This document shows positions 25,499-37,281 of a stretch of DNA of 64,000 nucleotides, piece by piece. Below the pieces are notes generated by a model. It saw only the letters and a program-made list of their open reading frames with translations, was not told where the DNA came from and ran no database searches. The translations under genes and the position numbers were made by a program. The stretch spans positions 15,610,795-15,674,794 of the forward strand of contig NC_092670.1 in the NCBI RefSeq assembly GCF_964355755.1. The letters run 5' to 3'. This DNA is from Antedon mediterranea (lineage: Eukaryota > Animalia > Echinodermata). Every line of letters starts with the position of its first letter. Position 1 is the first letter of the stretch.

Positions 25499-26671
25499 TT
25501 CTACAACATTAAATCATTATCATAAGATATAAACTAGATATGATAATTCGCATACATTCATAAGTACGGACGTATGCGTATATGAGCATATGTTTATTTA
25601 GTTTAAACAGTTTTTGATAATATCGATGTTTTTGCACATTTCAAAACAAAATATGAAGCTTGCCCAGCCTTTTTGTACAGCAGGGTTTGTAACCAGATGT
25701 TGATGATTTCTTGTATTCTACTCTGCATTTAAAGCAAGCATTAAAGTATCACTTATGCCAAGCACAATCCATTCATTTCTTTTACTTCGGATAGTACATC
25801 CAGCATACAAATCAACATATTCATTTTATTTAATTTCCAGTACTTTACTGGATGGGTTAGAGTTTCTTCATGGCTTTAAATTGATGAAAGTTGGTGTTTT
25901 TACTTTATTTGTAAAGTCGCATATTATAATATGATGGTACCAGGGAAGAGAATGTCACTATTCCCCGGATGGTACAATGATTATGTTAATTATTAAATTA
26001 TTTAGTAACTGGTGAGATGAGAAGACTCTTTACTTTATTATGTAATGTTTTTCGTTTATTATTATCAGGTGTTTGATTACATAATCTCGTGGTAATTGGT
26101 TTTAATCCTTTCTTGTATCATGTGTTCAATAACATGCTATTAATATGTGCATTATATGTGGAATAATATCTGAACTAAATTAAACGTCATATGTTGTTAT
26201 AGCTGATGTTTATATCATGTTGATGATAAAAAGATGAAATACACAATTAAAACAATAATTTAATATGATACCAATTATATCATTTCAATAAAATACCCCT
26301 TTTATCATTATGTATTATATTGGAAAATGTTTCCTGTAGCGCCTTCCTTTTGTTTATTCGAGAAAAAAAAAAATGATTATTGATTGATTGAATCACATCT
26401 GTTGATCTATCTCCAGAGGAGAACACATATGTATTGGTAAGTTATTTTGTGCATTAAGTTTCAATAGACATTTATAATATTAAAATAGTGTTCTTTTTAT
26501 TCCCTGACACTAATACTGAATAACCATTTGTTATTTGATTAGTTTTGGCGGGTCTATTCGGTGTGACATCATCAGCTACATAACAGCTATTGATGAAAAC
26601 ATTTCTTCTGGTTTCGATTCGTATAATAATATAAGTAGTTCTTTGATAGTAAACCAATAAAACTTACGTTG

Positions 26672-26715
26672 GCAAGACAGTTTCGTCTAGCTGTCAGCTT
26701 GACTTCTTCAGTTGC
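26672..26715 (-). ncRNA. Minimal type I hammerhead ribozyme motif (Penelope-element type)
   Basis: Minus strand reads GCAA-CUGAAGA-A-GUC.A.AGCU-gac-AGCU.A.GAC-GAAA-CU-GUC-UUGC. Both conserved core strands, a paired stem II and a closing stem I (GCAA/UUGC) are present. Stem III is vestigial. Confidence 0.6.
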
Positions 26716-26962
26716 TATGATGCGTTATGGCGCCGATTGGTCTCCTTTCCAGCCACTAGATGATTTTGTTGTGTAGCCTACTTATATTACTACATAACAG
26801 CTGTTTTTGTAACCACATGAATAATGTATTACATGTTATACATAACAATTATTAATTATATTATTTATTATATATTTATTTTAATTGACTATAAACAATT
26901 TGCATAAAACCTGCTGAAGTTAGAGGTATTCCCAAAGCGTATTACATATCTACCATTTTAGT

Positions 26963-27557
26963 CTCGTACTGTAGGTATGGAGATCTGGAACTACGTAAAC
27001 CTACACTGAGCCACACTGTAACTCGTACTGTAGGTATGGAGATCTGGAACTACGTAAACCTACACTGAGCCACACTGTAACTCGTACTGTAGGTATGGAG
27101 ATCTGGAACTACGTAAACCTACACTGAGCCACACTGTAACTCGTACTGTAGGTATGGAGATCTGGAACTACGTAAACCTACACTGAGCCACACTGTCTCG
27201 TACTGTAGGTATGGAGATCTGAAACTACGTAAACCTACACTGAGCCACACTGTAACTCGTACTGTAGGTATGGAGATCTGGAACTACGTAAACCTATACT
27301 GAGCCACACTGTAACTCGTACTGTAGGTATGGAGATCTGGAACTACGTAAACCTACACTGAGCCACACTGTAACTCGTACTGTAGGTATGGATAGATCTG
27401 GAACTACCTAAACCTACACTGAGCCATACTGTAACTCGTACTACTGTAGGTATGGAGATCTGGAACTACCTAAACCTACACTGAGCCATACTCTAACTCG
27501 TACTGTAGGTATGGAGATCTGGAACTACCTAAACCTACACTGAGCCACACTGTAACT
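26963..27557. repeat. 59-bp minisatellite x ~10, directly upstream of the first coding exon of copy 4
   Basis: Unit ctcgtactgtaggtatggagatctggaactacgtaaacctacactgagccacactgtaa. Confidence 0.97.
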
Positions 27558-27628
27558 TGTTTTGAATTGGTTCCTCTTTTTTTGTTCTAAGTTTTGAAAA
27601 TGTTCAACCATTGACAGACTAACATAAA

Positions 27629-29993
27629 ATGGAAGCACATTACCATTGGTTTCACCACTCATCTTCCATTGGAAAGCGTGATATTCCAGAATGGACAACA
27701 AACGCTGTAGAAGCACACTTGAGATCAAACGTACAATGTACCAGTGTGTTTTCGATAAACAATGCACAACAAGCGAATATTTGCCAATTGACTCTTTTTC
27801 TTATATGGGTCACTATTGTTTGTCTCTGGACCTTCAGACGATTTTGTCATCGTAAACCTGTTCCACAAACTTCGTCTTACGACAATAAATGGACAATAAT
27901 TGAAGATGAAATTACACATCAACAAAAACTGCAAACTGGAAATTCGGGAAACCCGCTTTTAAAAGATAAAAACATTTCAATAGAATTGAACGTTGGTGAT
28001 ACATCAACAACACCGCCAGAGGAAAACACAGAAACAAAAAGTCCATTTTCAAAAATTAAACCACCCCCGACGTTTGACAAATTTCTGTTTTATTGCATTG
28101 TTTTCGGTGCGTTTATGGTGTTCTTCTATCTTTGCGATTCTAAACATGTCTTTCCTGCCGGAGAACGTGAATATTCCAGAGATTTGTTTGTTTTTCTTTG
28201 TCTTATTTTGTTTGGTGTTGGATGCTATTTTACAGTTCAAGTGAACGAGGATAAGATTCTAAACAGGTAGGTATAATTCATCATGTTTATCATTTAGAGC
28301 ATAGCTAAGGTAAATGGACTTAAGTAGTCCATTACATTTTTCTAGCCTGGCATGGACCAAACTCAATTCGTCTCCTGTAGCATACGAAACAATGTCGTGT
28401 ACTCGTGAAGTAAACACGTTTTATTTTTATTTCTGATTATATATATAACATCTAACTATATATTATTTATATATTATTCATCATATTTGTTATGTTTTAG
28501 CGGACAATAGCCTACATCTTTGAAGTAAATAATTACAATTTAACAATGTATACCTTATAATGTCTTCACCAGAGATCAAACTGAAGAATGGAAGGGTTGG
28601 ATGCAGGTGATGTTTGTGTGGTATCATTACTATCATGCGAGCATTGAGATGTACAATATGATCAGAGTATTTGTTGCTTGCTACGTTTGGATGACAGGAT
28701 TTGGTAACTATGAAACGTTTCTAAATGTAAACATTAACATTATTCCCCAACACGCATTGTGTGAGTTCTACTCCTTTTGTAAATAAAATTGAATGACTAT
28801 ATGTTATAGTAATGCTTTGTAGCCCTTGATAAATGACTGGTCTGGATCACTGTAGGCCCTAATAGTGGCCGGTGGTAGCTCCATAAGGTAGCCCAATGTC
28901 AACTGCACATCAATGAAACTTTAAGCTATGTTAAAATCGGTGAATTTGGTTTTCTTGTTGGTGAGCTTTCTTATTAAAAAGAGCCCTTCCTACCAACATG
29001 TAACCTGCGCGCGAAATTAAAAAAGTTCTATTTTTCACAATAGGTAACTTTTCTTTCTTCTGGATTCGTCAAGACTTTTCAATATGGCGCATCTGCAAAA
29101 TGATGTTTCGTTTGAATTTCCTCGTCATTTTTGTTTCCATGGTAACCAATAACCAATACGTGCTGTACTACATATGTGCAATGCACACGTACTGGTTCAT
29201 CACCGTTTACGTGTTCATGCGTGTATTATCGTCATGGAACACGCAACCAAAACTCATGGCCGTTAAATTTGTCGTGTACTTCATTTGTAATACAATTATT
29301 TTTAATGTGCCCAACGTTGTTGATGTCGTGTTTACGCCGTTTTGGCCAATTCTCTCGATGAACAACACACTTTGTGAGTGGAAGTATCGTGCCAAGCTAG
29401 ACCATTATGTCACATTAATAGGGATGATATCTGCTTACAATTACCCTAATTACGAACGCCTTATGAAATATCTGGATCAGAAGCAGAAGCATATTGACAG
29501 ACGAGATCGGATAATAACGATCGGTATAAAGATCATGTCACTGGGTATTTTAGGCATCATTTTCGTGACATGGTGTTACCATTTTATGTTTATGGAACGC
29601 CACATGTATAATCACTACCACCCGTACATATCATGGTTTCCTATCCTATCATATATTTTCGTGCGCAATTTGTTTCCCGTCTTTCGCACTCATCACATCG
29701 GGTTGTTTACTTGGCTCGGAAAAATCACTTTGGAAACGTACATAACCCAGTTTCATATATACATGCAGTACAACGCAAAACAACTTATTGTTTTCATCGA
29801 TGGATATCCGCTGATGAATTTCTTTGTTTTAAGCGTCTTGTACCTGTTTGTCTCATACCATTTATTCAAATTAACAACCGAATTTAGCACTTTTCTTCTC
29901 CCAAAAAACAACAAAAGAGTTTTATATAATTTTGTTGGTATTATTCTAATGTTTGGCACCTATTTTTGTATCGATCGCTTTTCTGCTTCGTGA
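27629..29993 (+). CDS. RWA-like / Cas1_AcylT O-acetyltransferase, copy 4 (572 aa, altered C-terminus)
   Basis: Exons 27629-28266, 28573-28703 and 29044-29993 total 1719 nt in frame. A 4-bp ATCG duplication at 29970-29977 shifts the last codons. Confidence 0.9.
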
Positions 29994-30349
29994 AAAAGGA
30001 TTATAACTAAAAAATTATAATTATTATAATCATAATTTAGATGACGTTTATTGTCTCTAAACATAAACACCGTACGTCGAGGTTAGGTTAGTGCATAATA
30101 TGTAATTATGCGAGATGAATACAGTTTGTATTATCTTATTTATTAATCAATTATTCAATTGGAATGATGTGAGAGAGCGCGTTGAGGTAAAATTGCCATT
30201 TTTGTTCATGTTGTCATCTCAGGTTACTGGGTCGAAATAATTTCTTCCACATTACGGTGTTAGAATTCAAATCTGTATTACATATTTGATTGTCTGAATT
30301 AACACATTTATATACGTTAGCCTGCTACTTATCTTAAAACTCCACATGT

Positions 30350-31030
30350 CAATTTTTTTTAACATTTCAAAAATATCGACTTATTGAATTATGTATGGAG
30401 GTAACAAGCTCAGAACAGATTATGTGATTCTGCACATACATTTTTTTTAATGTCTCTGTATTAAAGTAGGCCTACAGAGTTTTTTTTTTCGAAAAATGAC
30501 CAAAATATCGACTTTTTTTTTTATCTGTTGTGGTTAACCACCACCTTTATTCATTCAATGTTGGATAAAAAACAATTACAGAACTCATATTATATGTTTA
30601 CATTATTTTCTGCATATTTTTTGTTATGTTATCTATTGAATATTCAATAAAAAGTTTTTTACTTATGAAACGTATAAATATCGACCTCTGAATTATTGGT
30701 GTAACAGAACAGATAATGTGATTCTGCGTACGTATTTTTTTTAGGAAAATGCAATTATTATGCGATAAAATTGCTCTATATGATTATATATTGCTTTATC
30801 ATCTTATAGTACCATAGACACCAGTTATGTCGAAAAATAAAAGGTCAAAAATTATAAAAATCCCTGTACTATAGTACAAGGATTTTTTTTCGAAAAATGG
30901 CCAAAATATCGGATTTTTAAAATTCAATTATTATGCGATAAAATTGCTCTATTTGATTATATATTGCTTTATCATCTTATAGTACCACTGACACAAGTTA
31001 TGTCGAAAAATAAAATGGTCTAAAATCGGC
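30350..31030. repeat. Local direct repeats, possibly a DNA-transposon subterminal region
   Basis: A ~100-bp block caattattatgcgataaaattgctcta..gttatgtcgaaaaataaaa occurs twice (about 30752 and 30925), with recurring aaaatatcgac / tttttttcgaaaaatg motifs. Confidence 0.6.
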
Positions 31031-31519
31031 CTAATATTCTAGACAGTCCGTAATATATTGCACCCCTATAATATGACAACGTGCAATCTTACTCATTCCC
31101 TTTTTGCTATCTCCTTATATTTTTCTGTTTTACTGGGCTTTATTTTTAATGTATATAATATATATATTTTTTTATAAATGTTGTATTTTTTATTGTTTGT
31201 TATGTGCAATTTGGACCCCATTGGAAACGGGCTGGTTTTTTCCGGCCTAATGGGTGTTCCTGATGCTCGTTATTTTGTGTTTTGTTGGATAACATTTTTT
31301 ATCATGAAAATACTACCGTTGGTCCAGCCTTTGGTTAGTGTAACCGTCACAATAAGTTGTATACATCCCAGATACATCCTCACTTATGGCGGCGCCCTAC
31401 CACATATGGACAATACAGTATTACTGTTACAGGGAAAATCGCGGATTACTCATTCTTGTGATATATATTCTTTGCTACAAGGCTACAATAATTCGACACA
31501 CGTTGTTCAATATAGAAAG

Positions 31520-34500
31520 ATGGCAGCCTCCATAACAGAGGATTACGATGTTTGTTTAGATGACTACAAATACATTTTTAATCCTAGTTTATTGAAGTAG
31601 GATGGAAATTAATAATTATATTTTTTAGATATTTATACCTAGCTAGCCTCTCTATTCTAGCTATACTACTAGTTGGGTAGCCCAATGGAGGTATCCATCA
31701 TGGGTAGCCAGGGCGTCCGATCTAGAATTTAGGCGCAGCCAGTTTGAGTTTGTCAATTGTCCATGCATGGTGCGCCACCAAGGAAAAATGTTTTTGTCAT
31801 GTTCATGTATGAAACGCTAACATCCATTGGCGCAAAAAAAAATGTTTGTTGTTAAATATTTATTAAGATTTTGTTGTCTCCACAATCCATAAAATAAACA
31901 AGAAATATTTCTTACAAACAAAAATACTTAAATTGTCAGACAATGGTTTTTGGGTTATAATAAGACGTTTCTTTTCTCATTTTAAACATGAATAAATATT
32001 TTTTTGTTACAGAAGTGAATAACTTTTGTCTTTGAAGTAAAATACAACAAGAATTCATACTTTGATATATCATAATTGTACAACATCTGCCTCAACTATA
32101 ATTACTGCTTAATATAGCTTCTGAATGAGTAGCCCTCATGTATGTAGCTGGCTAAAGCAGAAGCGTGATAAAAATTTGCAATGATGCCTTTGTCTGGTAA
32201 TCTGTGCAAATGCGGTCAATAATTGTTATCCAACATATATGTATGTCTTTTTCAAAATATTAATAAATAATTTTTTTTTCCAAGAGGAAAAGTTGCATTT
32301 ATAACTGGTGGTGGATCTGGTATATGTTTCACAATTGCTGAAATTTTAATGAGGTAAGACTAGATAAGGTTGATTTAACAGGGTAGCAACAACTGTACTG
32401 CTGACTTCCTCTTAAATTAAAAACAATACAAAATTCTACAAAAAAAAGACATTAAACATCAAACTACAAGTAGGTTCAAAAAGTTAAAATTCACATTCAG
32501 ATTCAAAAAAATTAAATTTATACAATGAACAATTTAGAAATGTTAAAATTCTCATTAAAAAATATAAAACTTAATAAAAAGTCTAAAAATATATATTAAA
32601 TCATTCTTAATTAGCACATACACGCACAACGATCAAACTGTAAAGCTCTGTCTACACTATCAAACTTTATGTGACAAAAAATGTGATGTGCCCATATATT
32701 GACATTATGATGTTATATCACTACCATATTTGGACACATCACTCTTTGTCAAACTAGTTTGATAGTGTAGGCAAAGCTTTTATTTTAACATGATATCCCT
32801 GGGTGCTCATTTTTATAAAAAGTGTACTGTTATAAATTCTCTTCTTTTTTATAGACACAAATGTGACACTATTATATTAAGCAGAAAATTAGAGAGAGTC
32901 AATAAGGTATAAGGTATTCATAGGATTGATACAGTAGTTAATATATATTAATTATAAAAATATCAAGTACTACATTGGTTATTATTATGACTAATATGAT
33001 TGATTGAATACAAGTTCCGAAGAATTTCAAAGTTTAAGTGTGCCTCTCATTGTTAGAGTAAAACGTGTTTGCTTGCTGAATCCAAATATCAGATTTTTTA
33101 ATAGGTCATAATCAATTTCATTTTTACAATTATTGTAGTCATCTCGGAGGCTTGAAGAAGCCACTGGACAGAGATGTCTTCCACTTCAATTGGATGTCAG
33201 AAAGGTAACTAAGCTCTATTTAAGGTTTCCAAATTCATTCAATAAGATTTTTTTTCCAAAAATATACATCGCCGTTTTATTCCTTTCAGCCACAAGATGT
33301 ACTGACTGCTGTAGACAAGGCTCTTTCTCATTTTGGTAGAATAGACATTGTAGTCAATGGTAAGCAGAGGATTTTTTGTAAGAAATTTTTACTGAAAACT
33401 GAGCAAATAAATGACTATGAGCATCTATCAGTGTCAATACAACTTTTAAGTCTCTCTAGCCTACTGTTCAATTGACCAGTACCATCCAGCATTATAGGTC
33501 AGGGGGAGGGAGGGCTAAATATTTCATAAGTGATAAAAAAAAACGATCCATCGGGTTGCAGAACAACCAAAATTATTATTATTTTATTTTTAAAAGACAT
33601 GGCAGTTTTGGGGGCTAAAGCCTGTTTATCCCCCACCAAAATTCTATTGCAATTTTTTTTTTTCAGGGGCTGCTGGCAATTTTCTATGCCCTGCTGAGAG
33701 TATGTCATTCAACGCCTTCAAAACTGTCATAGAGATTGATACAATTGGAACCTTTAATATCTCAAAAGCAGTTTATGACAAATATATGAAGGTACGCATC
33801 CTTAGAATTTAAATTTATAGAATGTATGCATAGATAGCACACCAGTTTTTATTTGTGATGTCAAAAATAGCCTCCATCCAAACCTCATAACCATCTGATT
33901 GGATTCATTTGACTAGATATACAATATATGTATATAAATCTTCTCTCTCCCCCCCCCCCTTCCCCTTTTAACTAAAAATGTCAAACTCACCACCAGTAAA
34001 TGGTTGGTAAGGTTTACTTTCAACCTGAATACTTTTTGACAGAGGCCTTTGACAACCCAGTGACTTGAACAGAGGTTGTTCCCTTTGACAACCCAGTGGC
34101 TTGAACAGAGGTTGTTCCCTTTGACAACCCAGTGGCTTGAACAGAGGTTGTTCCCTTTGACAACCCAGTGGCTTGAACAGAGGTTGTTCCCTTTGACAAC
34201 CCAGTGGCTTGAACAGAGGTTGTTCCCTTTGACAACCTAGTGGCTTGAACAGAGGTTGTTCCCTTTGACAACCCAGTGGCTTGAACAGAGGTTGTTTCCT
34301 TTGACAACCCAGTGGCTTGAACAGAGGTTGTTTCCTTTGACAACCCAGTGGCTTGAACAGAGGTTGTTCCCTTTGACAACCCAGTGGCTTTAACAGAGGT
34401 TGTTCCCTTTGACAACCCAGTGGCTTGGACAGAGGTTGTTCCCTTTGACAACCCAGTGGCTTTAACAGAGGTTGTTCCCTTTGACAACCCAGTGGCTTGG

Positions 34501-36283
34501 ACAGAGGTTGTTCCCTTTGACAACCCAGTGGCTTGAACAGAGGTTGTTCCCTTTGACAACCCAGTGGCTTGAACAGAGGTTGTTCCCTTTGACTACCCAG
34601 TGGCTTGAACAGAGGTTGTTCCCTTTGACAACCCAGTGGCTTGAACAGAGGTTGTTCCCTTTGACAACCCAGTGGCTTGAAAAGAGGTTGTTCCCTTTGA
34701 CTACCCAGTGGCTTGAACAGAGGTTGTTCCCTTTGACAACCCAGTGGCTTGAACAGAGGTTGTTCCCTTTGACAACCCAGTGGCTTGAACAGAGGTTGTT
34801 CCCTTTGACAACCCAGTGGCTTGAACAGAGGTTGTTCCCTTTTCTTGTGAAAACCGTACCACTTTATTTCTTGATGCTACATCACTGTAACTAGAATAAT
34901 CTGTTTACAACTACAGTTGCACTAATTTTATACAATGTATTTTTATGTCACATTATGTTTTAATAAACATGACAGTAAAGTATGTTATCTTATTGATTTG
35001 AATTTAGAACTATAACAGTTGTACTACTTTTTCTTATGTCTTCAGATTTTATTGTAACAACTCAAATGATTTGTACAATACAGGGTATATCCAGTTATAA
35101 TAAACCTGAACGTTATCTTATCTTATTGACCTCATATATTAAATTTTATCATGCAGCATCATGGTGGTGTGATTATTAACATATCAGCAACATTGGCATA
35201 CAGAGGTCAAATGTTACAAGCACATGCTGGACCAGCCAAGGCAGCAATTGGTAATATTTAATTGTCATTTGCATTCTACTTAAAGATCCATTCCCTACAA
35301 TTGTTGACGTTTTGTAAAAATAATGTATATATTACATTATTACATTAAACCAGGTCATTCCTTGTCTTAAATGTATGTTTTATGGTAAATTATGATAAAA
35401 AGAGAGAAACAATGCACTACCTAGTAGTAAGTAGCTCACAGTGAAAAAAATATCAATCTTCGCACAATGCATGCTGGGATTTATAGCAGGCCACTTAAGT
35501 TATTAGAATCAACTTATTTTTTACATTTTTAACCTTTTAAAGAAAAAAAAGTTATTAAAATTGGACCATATAGTATTTATTTAAAAAATTAAAGGTAGAT
35601 TGTGACCTTAAATTAGATCTAAAAAACTTATTAGGGAATACAGTTTTCCTGTAAAGTGTATGTGAAAAGTAGAGCAACCAACCCGATAATATTCTTTGAC
35701 AAAGGAATTAGTGTGTTGTTTTTATTTTGTGAAAATTTACAGATGCATTGACCAAACATTTGGCTGTTGAGTGGGGACATCAGGGCATCCGTGTAGTCTC
35801 CCTTTCACCTGGTCCAATAGAAAAAACAGAGGGCATAAGAAGACTTGGTAAATTTTGATTCTTTATAATAATTTTCTTTTGATACGATGTATAAAAACAT
35901 AGACACTCGTTCCTCAATAAAAAATGTATTTATTATACACCCTACTATATACATAGTATAAAACTAACACCAAAAAAGGACAGGAAGGTCATGATTCAAC
36001 TTTTCGATCTATTTAAACATAATCAGTTTATTGTATTTTCTAATACAGTATTTATTTGCTATTTCCTTTAGGTGGAAAACTCAAAGATGCAAGGGTAACG
36101 TCAATCCCTTTACAGCGATTTGGTACCAAAAAAGAAATTGCTGAGGGAGTGGTCTACCTAGCTAGCCCGGCAGCAGACTTTGTAACAGGTACCGTGTTGG
36201 TTATCGACGGTGGGTCGTGGCTTACAGCAACTAATGACTTCAGTTTGGCCAAACCTTTGCTAGAGCTGATGTCAAAGATGTAA
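31520..36283 (+). CDS. DECR2: Peroxisomal 2,4-dienoyl-CoA reductase (SDR family)
   Basis: Nine exons: 31520-31596, 32285-32353, 32855-32906, 33139-33204, 33290-33359, 33667-33791, 35157-35250, 35743-35847, 36072-36283. Motifs [62 protein letters not shown]-terminal SKM is a PTS1-type signal. Confidence 0.96.
32644..32778. mobile_element. MITE family A (TIR agctctgtctacactatcaaact), PIF/Harbinger-like
   Basis: Both TIRs are present. Seven copies of this family occur in the window. Confidence 0.85.
34048..34841. repeat. 36-bp minisatellite x ~22 in DECR2 intron 6
   Basis: Unit tttgacaacccagtggcttgaacagaggttgttccc. Confidence 0.97.
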
Positions 36284-36714
36284 ATGGATGCAAGATAGAA
36301 ATGAATGTTTGTGATCTAATTATTCAGTAGAATAATTTTAAAATAACCTGGAAATGTTATTATTAGTTCTAATTAAAGACCACTGATATTGTCCATGATT
36401 ATTTACAAGGAGAAAACCTCATTGTAACAGCATAGTTCTTTCTATATTTAACTACTATTCCAACTGTAGGAACCTACACTTTATGAAAATTGCACATCAT
36501 AAATGTACCTGTACCGTTGATAACAAATTCAAAATATTTGTATAAGGAAAATATATTTTATTAATGTAAATATAAATTATTGTACGAATAAACAATAACA
36601 GAGTAATTATAGTTTGTATAGCTGTTGTATTGTTATTTCGTGTTCCATATTGTTTTAATCCCCCTATAATCTTAACATGAAATGAGTTGGTCTTCAACCT
36701 TCAGCATTAAAAAT

Positions 36715-37016
36715 AATAGTTCATTCTTATATAGCGCTCTACAAGCAAGCTTCTCTAAGCGCTGAACATTATTACCCCAGTCATTTTTTGGATCAAACAC
36801 GTATGGCAATAAAACATACTCCCATAATGCAGCTAGTAATCAGCGCAAAGTTGTGTCTTGATCTAACCGGGTACCCATTTATACACCTGGGTGGAGAGAG
36901 GCAAACGTAAGTAAAGTATCTTGCCTAAGGACACAAGCAATGCGGCGAGAGTTGGATTCGAACCTCTGTCTCGCGATCAGTAGTCCAACATCCAACACCC
37001 TGCGCCACACGCCCTC
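36715..37016 (-). mobile_element. Full-length tRNA-derived SINE
   Basis: Minus strand: A box gtggcgcagggtg, B box ggttcgaatcc, central tgtgtccttaggcaagatacttta..ccacccaggtgtataaatgggtacc, L2-like tail agcgcttagaga..gagcgctatataag. Confidence 0.85.
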
Positions 37017-37281
37017 ACACTTATTAAAGGCATATGCATTTGTTTCCTGTTCCTGCATTCAAGTTACACACAAATAAAGTACAAAATAAAACAATCAAGA
37101 GGGCTGAGAGTTAATTGTGACCAGCAGCTGATTCCCCTCTTAAAAAATTATTGCCATGGCCTTTACTGTTCACCTAAAAGACTCCCACCAACTGTAAGTT
37201 AGCAAGATCAAACCCACCCTAATAGTCATTGCGTTTGTATCTTCCATAGCTTGCACCAAGTATATTTGAGTTCTCAATTAT

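Noticed and set aside
26963-27557. Regular repeat array resembling CRISPR
   Set aside because: Units are contiguous with no unique spacers, the context is eukaryotic and there are no cas genes. The Cas1_AcylT domain name refers to capsule synthesis, not CRISPR Cas1.
31178-31519. N-terminal extension of the 140-aa ORF upstream of DECR2
   Set aside because: Similarity to DECR2 starts at ATG 31520; the upstream part looks like promoter/UTR sequence that happens to be open.
32303-32330. DECR2 nucleotide-binding motif reads TGGGSGIC rather than TGGGSGIG
   Set aside because: A Cys at this position occurs in other family members (yeast Sps19, as recalled), so it is not evidence of inactivation.
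34020-34894. ORFs of 179 aa (-) and 140 aa (+) with 12-aa repeats ([12 protein letters not shown] / [12 protein letters not shown])
   Set aside because: By-products of a 36-bp minisatellite inside DECR2 intron 6; no ATG start or splice context.
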